Of a DNA stretch of 64,000 nucleotides, positions 33,613-43,290 are shown piece by piece (within the stretch, counting starts at the first letter, position 1; each line of letters opens with the position of its first letter). The notes under the pieces are model-generated. The model did no database searches. It had not been told where the DNA came from and saw only the letters and a program-made list of their open reading frames with translations. The DNA lies in assembly GCA_031389825.1 (NCBI GenBank), contig JANMSW010000048.1:49197-113196 (forward strand), written 5' to 3'. This DNA comes from Spartobacteria bacterium. GTDB lineage: Bacteria > Verrucomicrobiota > Verrucomicrobiia > Chthoniobacterales > Chthoniobacteraceae. The translations under genes were made by a program, and so were the position numbers.

Positions 33613-34998
33613 CTAGAGCTCTTCGAGCAGCCGCTTGTGGATATTGTCGAACCCGCCGTTGCTGAAGATGACCACAACGTCGCGCTCCTTACCAAGGCCG
33701 CGAAGACGGTCGATAATCGCATCCACCCCGGGCTCGTAGAAGGCTTGCTTACCTTTCCGCACGAGATCGCCCACTACCCGCGCCGGATCCAGCCGGTCGG
33801 CCTCGGGAAGTTGTTCGAGCCTGGCAACTTGCGCGAGCAGGATGACGTCGGCGTGGGCCAGCGCTGCGGGGAGGCTCTCCTGAAAGACAGCCCGCCGGGT
33901 AGTGTTCGAGCGCGGCTCGAAGACCGCCCACAGGCGGCGGCCGGGGTATTGGTGCCGTAGGCCCTGGAGCGTCTGCTCGATAGCCGTGGGATGATGCCCG
34001 AAGTCGTCGATTACGGTGATGCCACGCACTTCCCCGCGCACTTCCTGCCGACGGCGGATCCCGGTGAAACCCGTGAGCGCTTGTTGGATTGCCTCCATCG
34101 AGACTCCATAGAAGTGTGCGGCGGAGATCGCCATGGCGGCGTTTCGCACATTGTACTCGCCGACCATCGGCAGGGAGAAACGTGTCTCCAAGAGCGTAAA
34201 CTCGGAGCCATCGGCATCGTAGCGAATGTCCGTAATGCGTCGCCCTGCGTACTCAGAGACGCCAACCTCCACCAGTTGCGCCCGACAGCTTTTGGCGACG
34301 TCCACGGAGTTCGGGTCGTCGCCATTAATGAGCACCATCCCGTTCTCCGGCACGACATTGAGCAGGCGGCGAAAGGCGGTCTTGATCTCCTCGAGATCTC
34401 GGAAGATGTCGGCGTGATCGAACTCGACGTTATTCACGATCACCAGCTCCGGAAGGTAGTGGAGGAACTTCGAACGCTTATCAAAGAATGCAGTATCGTA
34501 TTCGTCCCCCTCCATGACCACGTGCCTGGCATCATGCAGACGACAACCCTGGCCGAGATTCCGCGCAATGCCGCCGATCATAAAGGCCGGGTCCAGACCA
34601 GCGCTCTGCAGGATCCAGGCGAGCAGGGAGCTGGTAGTTGTCTTGCCATGCGTACCCGTCACCACGAGGTTGTGCCGCCCACGGAGGAAGAACTGTTTGA
34701 GGGTCTCCGGAAGGGACAGGTAGTAGAGTTTTCGGTTGAGCACCGCCTCCAGCTCCGGATTGCCGCGTGAGAGCGCATTGCCGACTACGATGAGATCGGC
34801 CGTGCTGGGGATGTTCTCGGGACGGTACCCTGCGGAAAGCGCAATGCCCTTCTCCTCCAAGAAGGTGGACATCGGCGGGTACACATTATCGTCCGACCCG
34901 GTGACAGTGTAGCCTTGGTCACGCATGGCGGCTGCCACCGCACCCATCGCAGTGCCGCAGATGCCGAGGAAGTGGACGTGGCGGAAGTTCGATTGCAT
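33613..34998 (-). CDS. mpl: UDP-N-acetylmuramate:L-Ala-gamma-D-Glu-meso-DAP ligase
   Basis: HFLGICGTAMGAVAAAM, TGTHGKTTT and a Mur ligase middle/C-terminal pattern. Start at MQSNFRH (ATG 34998). Confidence 0.88.
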   Translation of the reverse strand: MQSNFRHVHFLGICGTAMGAVAAAMRDQGYTVTGSDDNVYPPMSTFLEEKGIALSAGYRPENIPSTADLIVVGNALSRGNPELEAVLNRKLYYLSLPETLKQFFLRGRHNLVVTGTHGKTTTSSLLAWILQSAGLDPAFMIGGIARNLGQGCRLHDARHVVMEGDEYDTAFFDKRSKFLHYLPELVIVNNVEFDHADIFRDLEEIKTAFRRLLNVVPENGMVLINGDDPNSVDVAKSCRAQLVEVGVSEYAGRRITDIRYDADGSEFTLLETRFSLPMVGEYNVRNAAMAISAAHFYGVSMEAIQQALTGFTGIRRRQEVRGEVRGITVIDDFGHHPTAIEQTLQGLRHQYPGRRLWAVFEPRSNTTRRAVFQESLPAALAHADVILLAQVARLEQLPEADRLDPARVVGDLVRKGKQAFYEPGVDAIIDRLRGLGKERDVVVIFSNGGFDNIHKRLLEEL

Positions 34999-35118
34999 AG
35001 GCGAGGCAGGCGAGGGGGAAAGTAGCGAGGCACAGCTGGCGAGCGCAACGATAGTTCGCATCTCGAAACAACTGACGGGGGCGGGGCATGCGAACAAACC
35101 ACTGGAACCCCCGTTGCT

Positions 35119-35502
35119 ATGGACTGTCCGCTTTGTAACGCTCCTCTGGCCGATGCTGCTCAACACTGCCACCGCTGCGACTGGGTGCGGCCTGAGCCTG
35201 AACGCGAAGCTCCCTATGAGCGACGGAACATCACCGCACTCTGGCTGAGCCTCGTGCCGGGCTTGGGGCATTTGTACAAGGGCTACCTGCTCTTCGGCGG
35301 GAGCATCTTCTTCCTGATCGGGCCGGCGGTGCTGGTCCTGTCACTCATCCTCGCACCAGCAACCCTCGGACTTACCCTCGCAATCCCGCCGGCCGTGGTC
35401 GTGGCGGTGATGATCCACGCCTACAACGCAGATGATCGCCGGGCGCATGTGATTGAGCAGGCGCGGTCGATCAACCAGGCGCGGGCTGCAGAGGCCCACT
35501 AA
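35119..35502 (+). CDS. zinc-ribbon plus two-TM membrane protein
   Basis: CPLCN...CHRCD followed by LVPGLGHLYKG and hydrophobic helices. Confidence 0.6.
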   Translation: MDCPLCNAPLADAAQHCHRCDWVRPEPEREAPYERRNITALWLSLVPGLGHLYKGYLLFGGSIFFLIGPAVLVLSLILAPATLGLTLAIPPAVVVAVMIHAYNADDRRAHVIEQARSINQARAAEAH

Positions 35503-35519
35503 TGGCGCAGGTTGAGTAA

Positions 35520-37262
35520 TCAGAATCCAGCGCTCTTGTACCCGTAACAGGCGAAGATGCGCAGCTGCCGGAGCGGGAGATCGCGGCGCTTGATGTCAAT
35601 ACAGGCGACCATCTCAGTTCGGTCGAAGCCCTTCTTAATGGATGAAGGAGGCTTCTCCTCGGCGCGGTCAGTGACGTAGAGCGCGGTGCGTCCCGTGAAT
35701 AGGCTGACGCCCTGCTGCTCGACGTAGGATTCATCCAGAGGGAGATCAGGACGGATCGCGCTCATCGCACGAACGACCGACCGCAGGGCGTCTTTCCCTT
35801 CGGGAGTAACGGCTTCCTCGTCATCTGGATATGTTTTCAGCGCAGCCTCCAGGTTGGTCTTGAGTGTGGGGTCGGTGCCGCTCGGAAGAGGTGATGCGAG
35901 AAGGTCACCCGCAACTTCGCTGAATTCGGCGAGCTCGTCATAGCGCCGCCAGAAAGAGAACTGATTCTCGATTGCCTGTGACTCAGGGATGTAGACGGGT
36001 GGGTGTAGCCGGCCCTCTATGCGAGGCTCATCCATGTGAAAGGAGAGGATCGCGGCAGTTTGGTATTTGTCTGCAATCAGGAAGACGGGCGCACCGAGGC
36101 TGGTCTCGAACTCACGCCGGAAATCCTGCACGAGACCAGCGGATGTCTTCCAGCCCCTGAGGCGTGCGCTCGGGTCGTACTCGTAAGGTAGGCGGATACC
36201 AATCCGCCGGAGATTGTCGGTATCCAGAATGATCAGGCTCAGAGCCAGGCCGATCGCTAAAGCTGCGAAGGCGAACCGTCGCGCCTTTGGGTTCTCGAGC
36301 GCAAGTTCGTGCCAAAGCGCCGTGGCGAGCAAGCCAAGCGATAGCATGGCTGGGGCCGTCCAGTTCGCCTCGCCCGCCTCCCTGAGAGCCATGAGGAAGT
36401 AGAGGCCGAGCAGCGGAAGAGCAAAGGCCAGAAGGAAGCGTGGCTTGAAGTGGGCCCGGGCTCGCTCGAGGCCCCACCAGATTGCGATGAGCAGACCGAG
36501 GAAGATCAGGGGTGAGTACACGCCGAAGTGGGCGCCCAGAAAGGTGAACCATTCACCGGCACTGAGCTGCGCGGCCTTCTGAAATCCTCCGCGTGCGCTC
36601 AGATGCGAGACTGTGATCCAGTCGTGCTGCAGATTCCAGAGAATGGGCGGGATGGTGAATACGGCGAAGACTACGAGCATCAGCCAAAAGCCGGGACGGA
36701 GGAACTCGCGGCGATGCTTCTGAGTGATCGCCAGCAGCAGCACGATCGAGAGGAGCTGCATCGCATTGGTCCACTTGCAGAGAAATCCCAGACCGATGAG
36801 CACCCCCGTAATCGGCCACCAGCGGTTCAGGTCGGGCCCCTTTTCCAGTGCAAGCCAGAAGGAGTAGAGGGCTGCCATCCAGAAGAAGATGGAAAGTGGA
36901 TCGATGGTCATGACCAGCGATCCCACGTGGAAGATGGGAATGCAGTTCAGCGCGACCACGGTCCAGATCGCAACGGATTCTCCATAAAGCCGCCGCCCGA
37001 AGTAGAAGAGGAAGAGGCTGGTGCCGAGCCCAAGCAGCGGACTGAGAAGGCGGATCCCCAGGGCGGTGTCGCCGAAGATGTGAGTACCAATCCAGATCGC
37101 GGTCGCGACTCCTGGACCCTTGCTGTAGTACGAGATGTCCATCCTCTCGGCCCACATCTTGTAATAAGCCTCGTCGGGCGAGAGGTCGAAATGGCCGATG
37201 GCGATGAGCCGCCAGACGGTAAGCGCACCAAGAAAAATAAAGAGAAGGCGGCGCGGAGTCAT
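35520..37262 (-). CDS. GT39/ArnT-like glycosyltransferase
   Basis: N-terminal DEAYY motif region (DLSPDEAYYKMWA..YYSKGPG) and a multi-TM body. Confidence 0.85.
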   Translation of the reverse strand: MTPRRLLFIFLGALTVWRLIAIGHFDLSPDEAYYKMWAERMDISYYSKGPGVATAIWIGTHIFGDTALGIRLLSPLLGLGTSLFLFYFGRRLYGESVAIWTVVALNCIPIFHVGSLVMTIDPLSIFFWMAALYSFWLALEKGPDLNRWWPITGVLIGLGFLCKWTNAMQLLSIVLLLAITQKHRREFLRPGFWLMLVVFAVFTIPPILWNLQHDWITVSHLSARGGFQKAAQLSAGEWFTFLGAHFGVYSPLIFLGLLIAIWWGLERARAHFKPRFLLAFALPLLGLYFLMALREAGEANWTAPAMLSLGLLATALWHELALENPKARRFAFAALAIGLALSLIILDTDNLRRIGIRLPYEYDPSARLRGWKTSAGLVQDFRREFETSLGAPVFLIADKYQTAAILSFHMDEPRIEGRLHPPVYIPESQAIENQFSFWRRYDELAEFSEVAGDLLASPLPSGTDPTLKTNLEAALKTYPDDEEAVTPEGKDALRSVVRAMSAIRPDLPLDESYVEQQGVSLFTGRTALYVTDRAEEKPPSSIKKGFDRTEMVACIDIKRRDLPLRQLRIFACYGYKSAGF

Positions 37263-37927
37263 GGGGCGAGCAGAGTGGGATGGGCGGTGCTAGCCTGCGG
37301 GAGCAGACGGGTTCCCGCCGTACGCCAGAGCCACTGGGCAAGGGCAAGCGCCGCCGCTCCAGCAGCCAGCCCAATGAAGAATGAGCCCGCGACGTCGCTA
37401 GGCCAGTGAGAGCCGGTGTAAATACGCGAATAGCCGACAAACACCGGGAGGAGCAGCGCCCAAAGGCCACGACGTCTATAAAATGCAAACGCGATTAAGG
37501 CAACGGCCGAGGTGCTCGCGGTGTGAGATGACGGGAAGGAGCGGCCGTCGATCGACCTGCCGGGCTCGGGCAGGTGAGAGAGCTTAGCCTTGATAGGCAG
37601 GGCCACCGCCAGGATGCGTGGGCTGGCCTTGCGGAGATCCACCTGCCGCACGCCTTCCACCGATTGGTGCGGGCGGGGCCGATCGACAATCGCTTTTAGA
37701 GGCTTGCAGATGAGTCCGTCGGACACCCCTGCAGCGAGCGCAGCGGTAAGGAGAAACGCGCGAGCCCGAAAGCCGCCGCGAATTGCCACTACGATGATTA
37801 GTAGTACGAGCAGTGGCCACCAAGCATCCCAGCTTGAGAGCAATGCCATGAGGGAATCCGCTGCCGGGTGCGTCCATTCCCGATTGATGAGGAAAAGAAG
37901 CTTTTGGTCCATGCTGCGCTGCGGCAA
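37259..37927 (-). CDS. PAP2-family phosphatase
   Basis: KAIVDRPRP, SFPSSH, SRIYTGSHWPSD. Confidence 0.85.
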   Translation of the reverse strand: MPQRSMDQKLLFLINREWTHPAADSLMALLSSWDAWWPLLVLLIIVVAIRGGFRARAFLLTAALAAGVSDGLICKPLKAIVDRPRPHQSVEGVRQVDLRKASPRILAVALPIKAKLSHLPEPGRSIDGRSFPSSHTASTSAVALIAFAFYRRRGLWALLLPVFVGYSRIYTGSHWPSDVAGSFFIGLAAGAAALALAQWLWRTAGTRLLPQASTAHPTLLAP

Positions 37928-37940
37928 GGCTGTGGAGGTT

Positions 37941-38633
37941 ATGACCGCACTCCACCTTGTAAAGACACGATTCCTGATTGCGGTGCTGGTCCTTGGGACC
38001 GGGATCGCGCTCGCTGCTGAAGAGGCTCCGAATGCAAAGGAGATCTTGCGCGCAGTGCGGCTGAGTCAGGCGGCGCAAGAGGAGACCCTGCAGGGAAATT
38101 TACGCACCGGCGGCTCGAAGATCCCGGTGCGGATCGTCATTGAGGGTTCGACGATCCGATACGACTTCCCCGAGCCACCATCGCTGCTCCTTAACTTTGG
38201 CGAGAGCGGCTCGCGGCTTCAGGAGGTAGGGAAGGGCGGCTCCGGCACAGTCGCTGGAACTGCGTATGGAACCCTCGTGAAGGGGTCTGACATCTCCTAT
38301 GAGGATCTCTCGATGAATTTCCTCTACTGGCCTAACGCGAAGGTGACAGGTGAAGAAACCCGCCTGACCCGCAAGTGTTGGGTGGTTGAGGTCCACCCGA
38401 GTGGAGAACCCTCGCAGTACGGAACCGTGCGCCTATGGGTGGAGACACAATCCGGCGCACTGCTGGCGGCGGAGGCTTACGACCGAGCTGGCAAGTTGGC
38501 GAGGCGGTTCACCGTGCGCAGCGTCCAGAAGGTAAGGGGTGCCTACTTTCTGAAGCAGATGCGGATCGAGTCGCTGAGCAAGGGAAAGGACAGCGCTCCG
38601 ACCTACCTCGAGATTACGAAGGTAGGGGCATAG
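37941..38633 (+). CDS. LolA-like outer-membrane lipoprotein-sorting family protein
   Basis: Signal peptide; beta-rich body ending ...YFLKQMRIESL, resembling remembered LolA-like proteins. GGAGG lies 2-6 nt upstream of the ATG. Confidence 0.45.
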   Translation: MTALHLVKTRFLIAVLVLGTGIALAAEEAPNAKEILRAVRLSQAAQEETLQGNLRTGGSKIPVRIVIEGSTIRYDFPEPPSLLLNFGESGSRLQEVGKGGSGTVAGTAYGTLVKGSDISYEDLSMNFLYWPNAKVTGEETRLTRKCWVVEVHPSGEPSQYGTVRLWVETQSGALLAAEAYDRAGKLARRFTVRSVQKVRGAYFLKQMRIESLSKGKDSAPTYLEITKVGA

Positions 38634-38644
38634 CGGGGAACCCT

Positions 38645-39757
38645 TCAGGCGGATACGACGTCCGGCGCATCCATCTGCTCCATCCACTCGCGATGGGCCT
38701 GCGGCGAGATCTCCGAAGGCTTGATCTCGCTGCGTCCGCCCCAGAAGACGTTCGTGTAGCTCACTGGGATGCCAATGCTCGTGAGATGCTCATCAATCGC
38801 CGCCTTATGAGCAAAGACGCGCTCCTTATCGGTGCCGTGGGCGACGGCCATGATGTTCACATTGTTGAAGTCCGGCCCTCCTTCGCGCCAGTAGCAATGC
38901 GTGAGAATGTCGAAGCGACCAACTTCGCCGCCTGCTTCGAGTTCACGCCCGGGCGGGACCGCCCAGTGAAAGAGCGCATTGAACCGCGTTACGCGCTGTC
39001 CACCCTGGGAAGGCTTTACGTGCTCAAGAAAGGTAGAGAAACGCCCGATGACCCGCCGGGCCTGTAGACTCTCCGCAACCTCAAAGAAGGTGTCGAGATC
39101 CACCCCCGCTTCGTCCGCGCGTCTTGCCCATGGGTTCGCGCCGATCTCGTCAACCGTAAACTCGCGCTTCAAGGCGACGAGCACCTGCCAGTCGAGGCTA
39201 TCCAGCTTCGCAGCAGCGACCGGGAGCATCTTCGCGGCCTCGGGCGATTTGTCGCCCGGCTCAATTGTTTTGCGCCGCACGTGGCCGACGCCGAGCGCGA
39301 AGATGCCCTTTGCCGGCATGAGCTTGTATTTCGTACAGCCAGTGTGGCGCATGAGCACTTTGCAGTGATCGTCCATCGGTTCTCCGACCGGGACCTTCAG
39401 CGTGGTCCAGAGGCGGTACTCGGCCCCGGCGTTCTGCTGATCTGTGGAGCGCACCACAACATGACCGCTGAACGGATCATGCTGGAACATGAAGTCGAAA
39501 GCGGCATTTAGCCTCTCTTCCGGAACGTTCCAAGCAACCAACGCTCCATCGGCAAGGTTGGTGGCAATGAGAGTCTGGCGAACGCGGCGGATGGTGCCTG
39601 CAGCCAACATTGCCTTAATCCGTTCGAGCACGGTTTCAGTTGAGAGGCCGGACAGCTTGGCGATCTCGAGGAACGGTTCACGGACGAAACCCTGGATCTT
39701 GTCTTCGGAGACGGCGAGGAGCTGGGCGTTGATCGGATCGGTGTGTTCGATGGACAT
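38645..39757 (-). CDS. tandem Lrp/AsnC-like protein (NirDL / AhbAB siroheme-decarboxylase-like)
   Basis: Two HTH-plus-ACT-like modules: FLEIAKLSGLSTETVLERIKAM..GTIRR and a second repeat WQVLVALKREFTV. Confidence 0.55.
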   Translation of the reverse strand: MSIEHTDPINAQLLAVSEDKIQGFVREPFLEIAKLSGLSTETVLERIKAMLAAGTIRRVRQTLIATNLADGALVAWNVPEERLNAAFDFMFQHDPFSGHVVVRSTDQQNAGAEYRLWTTLKVPVGEPMDDHCKVLMRHTGCTKYKLMPAKGIFALGVGHVRRKTIEPGDKSPEAAKMLPVAAAKLDSLDWQVLVALKREFTVDEIGANPWARRADEAGVDLDTFFEVAESLQARRVIGRFSTFLEHVKPSQGGQRVTRFNALFHWAVPPGRELEAGGEVGRFDILTHCYWREGGPDFNNVNIMAVAHGTDKERVFAHKAAIDEHLTSIGIPVSYTNVFWGGRSEIKPSEISPQAHREWMEQMDAPDVVSA

Positions 39758-39802
39758 GGAGAACGGACAGCGAGTTAAAGCCACCATTGGCGAACGGGCT
39801 AG

Positions 39803-41131
39803 CTACGAATTCGCGGAAGCAAATTCGTCATTCACCCAGGCCAGTGCTTCCTCAGGCGAAGACAGCGTGCCTTCCAATTGCCGGGACTGCACTGCCTCCA
39901 GAATCTCCTTGAAGTGGGAGCCGGGACGTAGGCCGAGGGAGATCAGGTCGCGACCGGAAACCAGAGGCGGCGGGATGAGCGGTTCACTCGCGAACTCCTC
40001 GCGCCTCGCCTGCAGGAAGGTGTAGTTGTCGAGCATCCCGTGACTGCTCGCGCAGTCGACGCGGTGCAACTCCATCTCTGCCTCAAAGTGTTCGCGTGAC
40101 ATGAAGCGCTTTAGCTTCGACATACGCATTTGCTGCACGTCCTTGAAGACCATGTGATTCGCGACGGCTTCCACTACGGCGTCAATTTCACGACGAGGAA
40201 AGCGCAGGCGCATCATGACACGTTCGGTCATCTCGGCGCCCACTTTGTCATGGCCGTTGAAGCGGATCCGACCGTCCGCATCCACACTCTGTGTCGGCGG
40301 TTTACCGATATCGTGGAAGAGCACTGAAAACACGATTGGAAGGGGTGCGTCTGGCGGAAGCAGGCCGAGCATGATGCTCGTATGCACGAAAACATCCCCT
40401 TCAGGATGGAACTGGGGAGGCTGCTCGCAGCCCTTTAGATCCGCAACCTCTGGCAGCACCTCGCGAAGAAGGCCGCTTGCATCCAGCAAGTCGAGTCCTC
40501 GCACTCGCCCCGGGGAAAGGAAGATCTTTACGAGTTCCTCGCGAATCCGTTCAGCGCTGACCTCGTGAATGGCCGGCGCATTCTCGATCACGGCCTGCCA
40601 GGTGGCAGCCTCCACATCGTACCCGAGCACCGTGGCGAAACGGACAGCGCGCAGCATGCGCAACCGATCCTCGCGGAACCGGTCTGCTGGCTCGCCGATC
40701 GCCCGAAGCACTCGGGCTTCCAAGTCACGTCGACCACCGACATAGTCGATGAGTTCTTCGCGAAGGGGGTCGAAGAACAGACCATTGACTGTGAAATCCC
40801 GGCGGGCCGCATCTTCTTCGGGAGTTGAGAAGTGGATGCTCTCAGGGTGCCGACCATCGATGTAAGCGCCATCGGACCGGAAGGATGCCACCTGGAAGTC
40901 GTTGCCGTCCTCAAGGACGTTGATCACCCCGAAGTGGGCTCCAATAGCAATCGTTCGATTAAAGAGCGCCTGAACCTGATCAGGCCGCGCATCCGTCGCG
41001 ATATCGTAGTCGTGTGGATCAACTCCGCGGAGCATGTCCCGGACACATCCTCCCGCGTACAACGCGCGATGTCCCGCGTCGTGCAGACGCTGAACGATTG
41101 AACGGGCGATCAGTTCCAGCGGTTGAACCAT
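39803..41131 (-). CDS. cca: CCA-adding tRNA nucleotidyltransferase with HD domain
   Basis: YAGGCVRDML, DYDIAT, RRDFTVN and a later HDIGKP. Confidence 0.88.
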   Translation of the reverse strand: MVQPLELIARSIVQRLHDAGHRALYAGGCVRDMLRGVDPHDYDIATDARPDQVQALFNRTIAIGAHFGVINVLEDGNDFQVASFRSDGAYIDGRHPESIHFSTPEEDAARRDFTVNGLFFDPLREELIDYVGGRRDLEARVLRAIGEPADRFREDRLRMLRAVRFATVLGYDVEAATWQAVIENAPAIHEVSAERIREELVKIFLSPGRVRGLDLLDASGLLREVLPEVADLKGCEQPPQFHPEGDVFVHTSIMLGLLPPDAPLPIVFSVLFHDIGKPPTQSVDADGRIRFNGHDKVGAEMTERVMMRLRFPRREIDAVVEAVANHMVFKDVQQMRMSKLKRFMSREHFEAEMELHRVDCASSHGMLDNYTFLQARREEFASEPLIPPPLVSGRDLISLGLRPGSHFKEILEAVQSRQLEGTLSSPEEALAWVNDEFASANS

Positions 41132-41178
41132 TGCGAATGATAGCCCATCACCGCGGGCGGCTCCAATCCTGAAGCCCT

Positions 41179-43059
41179 TTACGGTGACGGGACGGGAGCC
41201 TCGGCTTGCACAGGCTTCGGAACCGCACCCTGTGAGTTCGACGTTACTCGTTGCGTAGCCTGGTCCAGCTTCGCCGCGATCTTCTTTTCGTCCTTCTCCT
41301 CAGGCTTGAGCGCCAGTGCCTTCTGCCAGTTTCGCACTGCTTCCGCGACGTTTCCCATCTTGTGATAGACGTCTGCGATATGGTCGAAGATCACCGGATC
41401 CTCTGGCTTGATCAGCTCGCTGGCTCGCGTGAGCTCCTTGAGCGCCTTATCGTACTCGCCCTTTTTGAAGTAGAACCACCCGAGGCTGTCGAGAAAGGCC
41501 CCGTTGTCAGGCTCGGTGGTCACAGCTTTGCGAATGAAGTCGCCTGCCTCGTCGAGGTTTTCTCCACGATCTACCCACATGTAACCAAGATAGTTGTACG
41601 CTTCCGCAGCCTGCGTCGGCTCCATCTCGATGCACTTGCGTAAGAGCTCGGCAGCCATGTCAATCAGGCCGGCCTGCTCCGCAGCAGCTCCATACGAGAA
41701 GTAGAACGATGCACTCAGCAGCTCCTCGTAGTTCGCCTCAAACTCCAGCTGGGCTTCAGCGAAAGCTGTCATCGCCTCGGGATGCTTCTTTGCTTGGCTC
41801 AATGTGAGCGCGAGCAGGTAAATGGCCTGTGGATGATCGGGGAAACGTGCTCTCGCAGCCTGCGCGGTTTCCACGGCTTCGCTGTATCGCTTCAATTGCA
41901 TCTGCAACTGTGCGACCCGCATGTGATTATTGGGCTCGCTCGCGTCGAGGAGAACGCTGTGCTGATAGTTGGCCAGCGCCTTATCAATCTCGCCCTTCTG
42001 CTGATACAACTCACCCAGCAGCTCGAACGTCGCAAACCTAAGCGGATTGCTCTTGGTTATCTCCTCAAGCAACGCAATCCCCTCGTCCGGCTTGCCGGTC
42101 TCCATGAGCACATGCGCGAGCTTCTCGCGGGCATTGAGCAACACCGGATCATCCGTGTCCTGCCGGAGGCTAATCGCAGTAATGTAGTAGGGCAGCGCCT
42201 CCTTCACCTGCTTCGTCTCCACGAAGTAGTTTCCGACCTTGGCCTGCACGACCGCATCTTCATCCCCAAGCTCGGCAGCCTTCCGGAAGATTACATTGAC
42301 GGTCTCCAACTCAGGTGGCGATGCCTTACCTGTGGGCGGGATCTGCCGCAGCCGGGCGTAGACTTCTCCGATCTGCAGCCAGAAAAGCGGGTCCTCGCTA
42401 TCAGCATGTACCGCTCGATCCAGGGCACTCTGGGCTTTGGCCGGTTGATCCTGCAACAGATGCACCTCTACAACCGCCAGGTGCGCAGCCACGTTCCCCG
42501 GCTCCAGTTCAGCAGCCTTTTCCGCATACTTAAGCGCAAGCTGCGGCTTCTTCAGGTTCTTGCCGTAGAGCTGTGAGAGGTAGATGTAAGGAACTGCCTC
42601 CTTCGGCGAGGCTTTCACCGTGTCCTTGAGGATTTGAATCCCGCCCGACGGGTCGTTTCGGCGGGCTAACTCAAACGCGACCTTCACCGCGAGATCCGCG
42701 TAGGAAGGGTCGAGCTCCAAGGCACGGCGGTACTTGGCCAGCGCGAGTTCGCTGTCGGCATTGTCGTCGGCGACCAGACCTGTCGCGAAGTTGGCCAGAG
42801 CATCCGCCTTCCGATCTCCGTCCTGCACGAGCTGGAGATCGGTCCCTGCTTGATGCGAGGAGGCATAGATATCCGCCAGCTCTGCTGCCGTCGGGCTGGC
42901 ATTTGCCGAAGCCCCGATCGACGGCTTTACCTTGGCACTTGCCCGAGAGACTTTCACTCGCGACGCCGCGTAGAGCGGCATGGTGAGCGCGAACAACGTC
43001 ACACCCGTCGCAATCCAGCGCTGCCATGTGCGAACGGCTGCAGCTCGGAGCGACTTCAT
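41179..43059 (-). CDS. TPR-repeat protein with signal peptide
   Basis: Many 34-aa TPR-like units (A..Y..AL.L.P). N-terminal hydrophobic segment. Confidence 0.85.
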   Translation of the reverse strand: MKSLRAAAVRTWQRWIATGVTLFALTMPLYAASRVKVSRASAKVKPSIGASANASPTAAELADIYASSHQAGTDLQLVQDGDRKADALANFATGLVADDNADSELALAKYRRALELDPSYADLAVKVAFELARRNDPSGGIQILKDTVKASPKEAVPYIYLSQLYGKNLKKPQLALKYAEKAAELEPGNVAAHLAVVEVHLLQDQPAKAQSALDRAVHADSEDPLFWLQIGEVYARLRQIPPTGKASPPELETVNVIFRKAAELGDEDAVVQAKVGNYFVETKQVKEALPYYITAISLRQDTDDPVLLNAREKLAHVLMETGKPDEGIALLEEITKSNPLRFATFELLGELYQQKGEIDKALANYQHSVLLDASEPNNHMRVAQLQMQLKRYSEAVETAQAARARFPDHPQAIYLLALTLSQAKKHPEAMTAFAEAQLEFEANYEELLSASFYFSYGAAAEQAGLIDMAAELLRKCIEMEPTQAAEAYNYLGYMWVDRGENLDEAGDFIRKAVTTEPDNGAFLDSLGWFYFKKGEYDKALKELTRASELIKPEDPVIFDHIADVYHKMGNVAEAVRNWQKALALKPEEKDEKKIAAKLDQATQRVTSNSQGAVPKPVQAEAPVPSP

Positions 43060-43075
43060 GAACGCAATCTACCGC

Positions 43076-43180
43076 CTAGCTCTTGTAGCGCAAACGCTTC
43101 TTGTGGCGGTTTTCCTTCATCCGCTTGCGGCGTTTGTGTTTAGCGATCTTTGCTTTCCGTCTCTTTTTCAGTGAACCCAT
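43076..43180 (-). CDS. bS22-like (AURKAIP1/COX24-type) highly basic 34-aa ribosomal protein
   Basis: MGSLKKRRKAKIAKHKRRKRMKENRHKKRLRYKS resembles the MGSVIKKRRKRM..KKKHRKLL peptide of actinobacterial bS22. It is hidden inside a spurious 166-aa ORF. Confidence 0.55.
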   Translation of the reverse strand: MGSLKKRRKAKIAKHKRRKRMKENRHKKRLRYKS

Positions 43181-43290
43181 GTGTGGTCGTTTTAAAGTGG
43201 GGCGGAGAGAAGAGCACGATTCATGTGGGGCGGCAAAAGAATTATGCATTCCCGCTCCGCTATTCTCCGGAGGCCGCTGGGCAACAGCCT

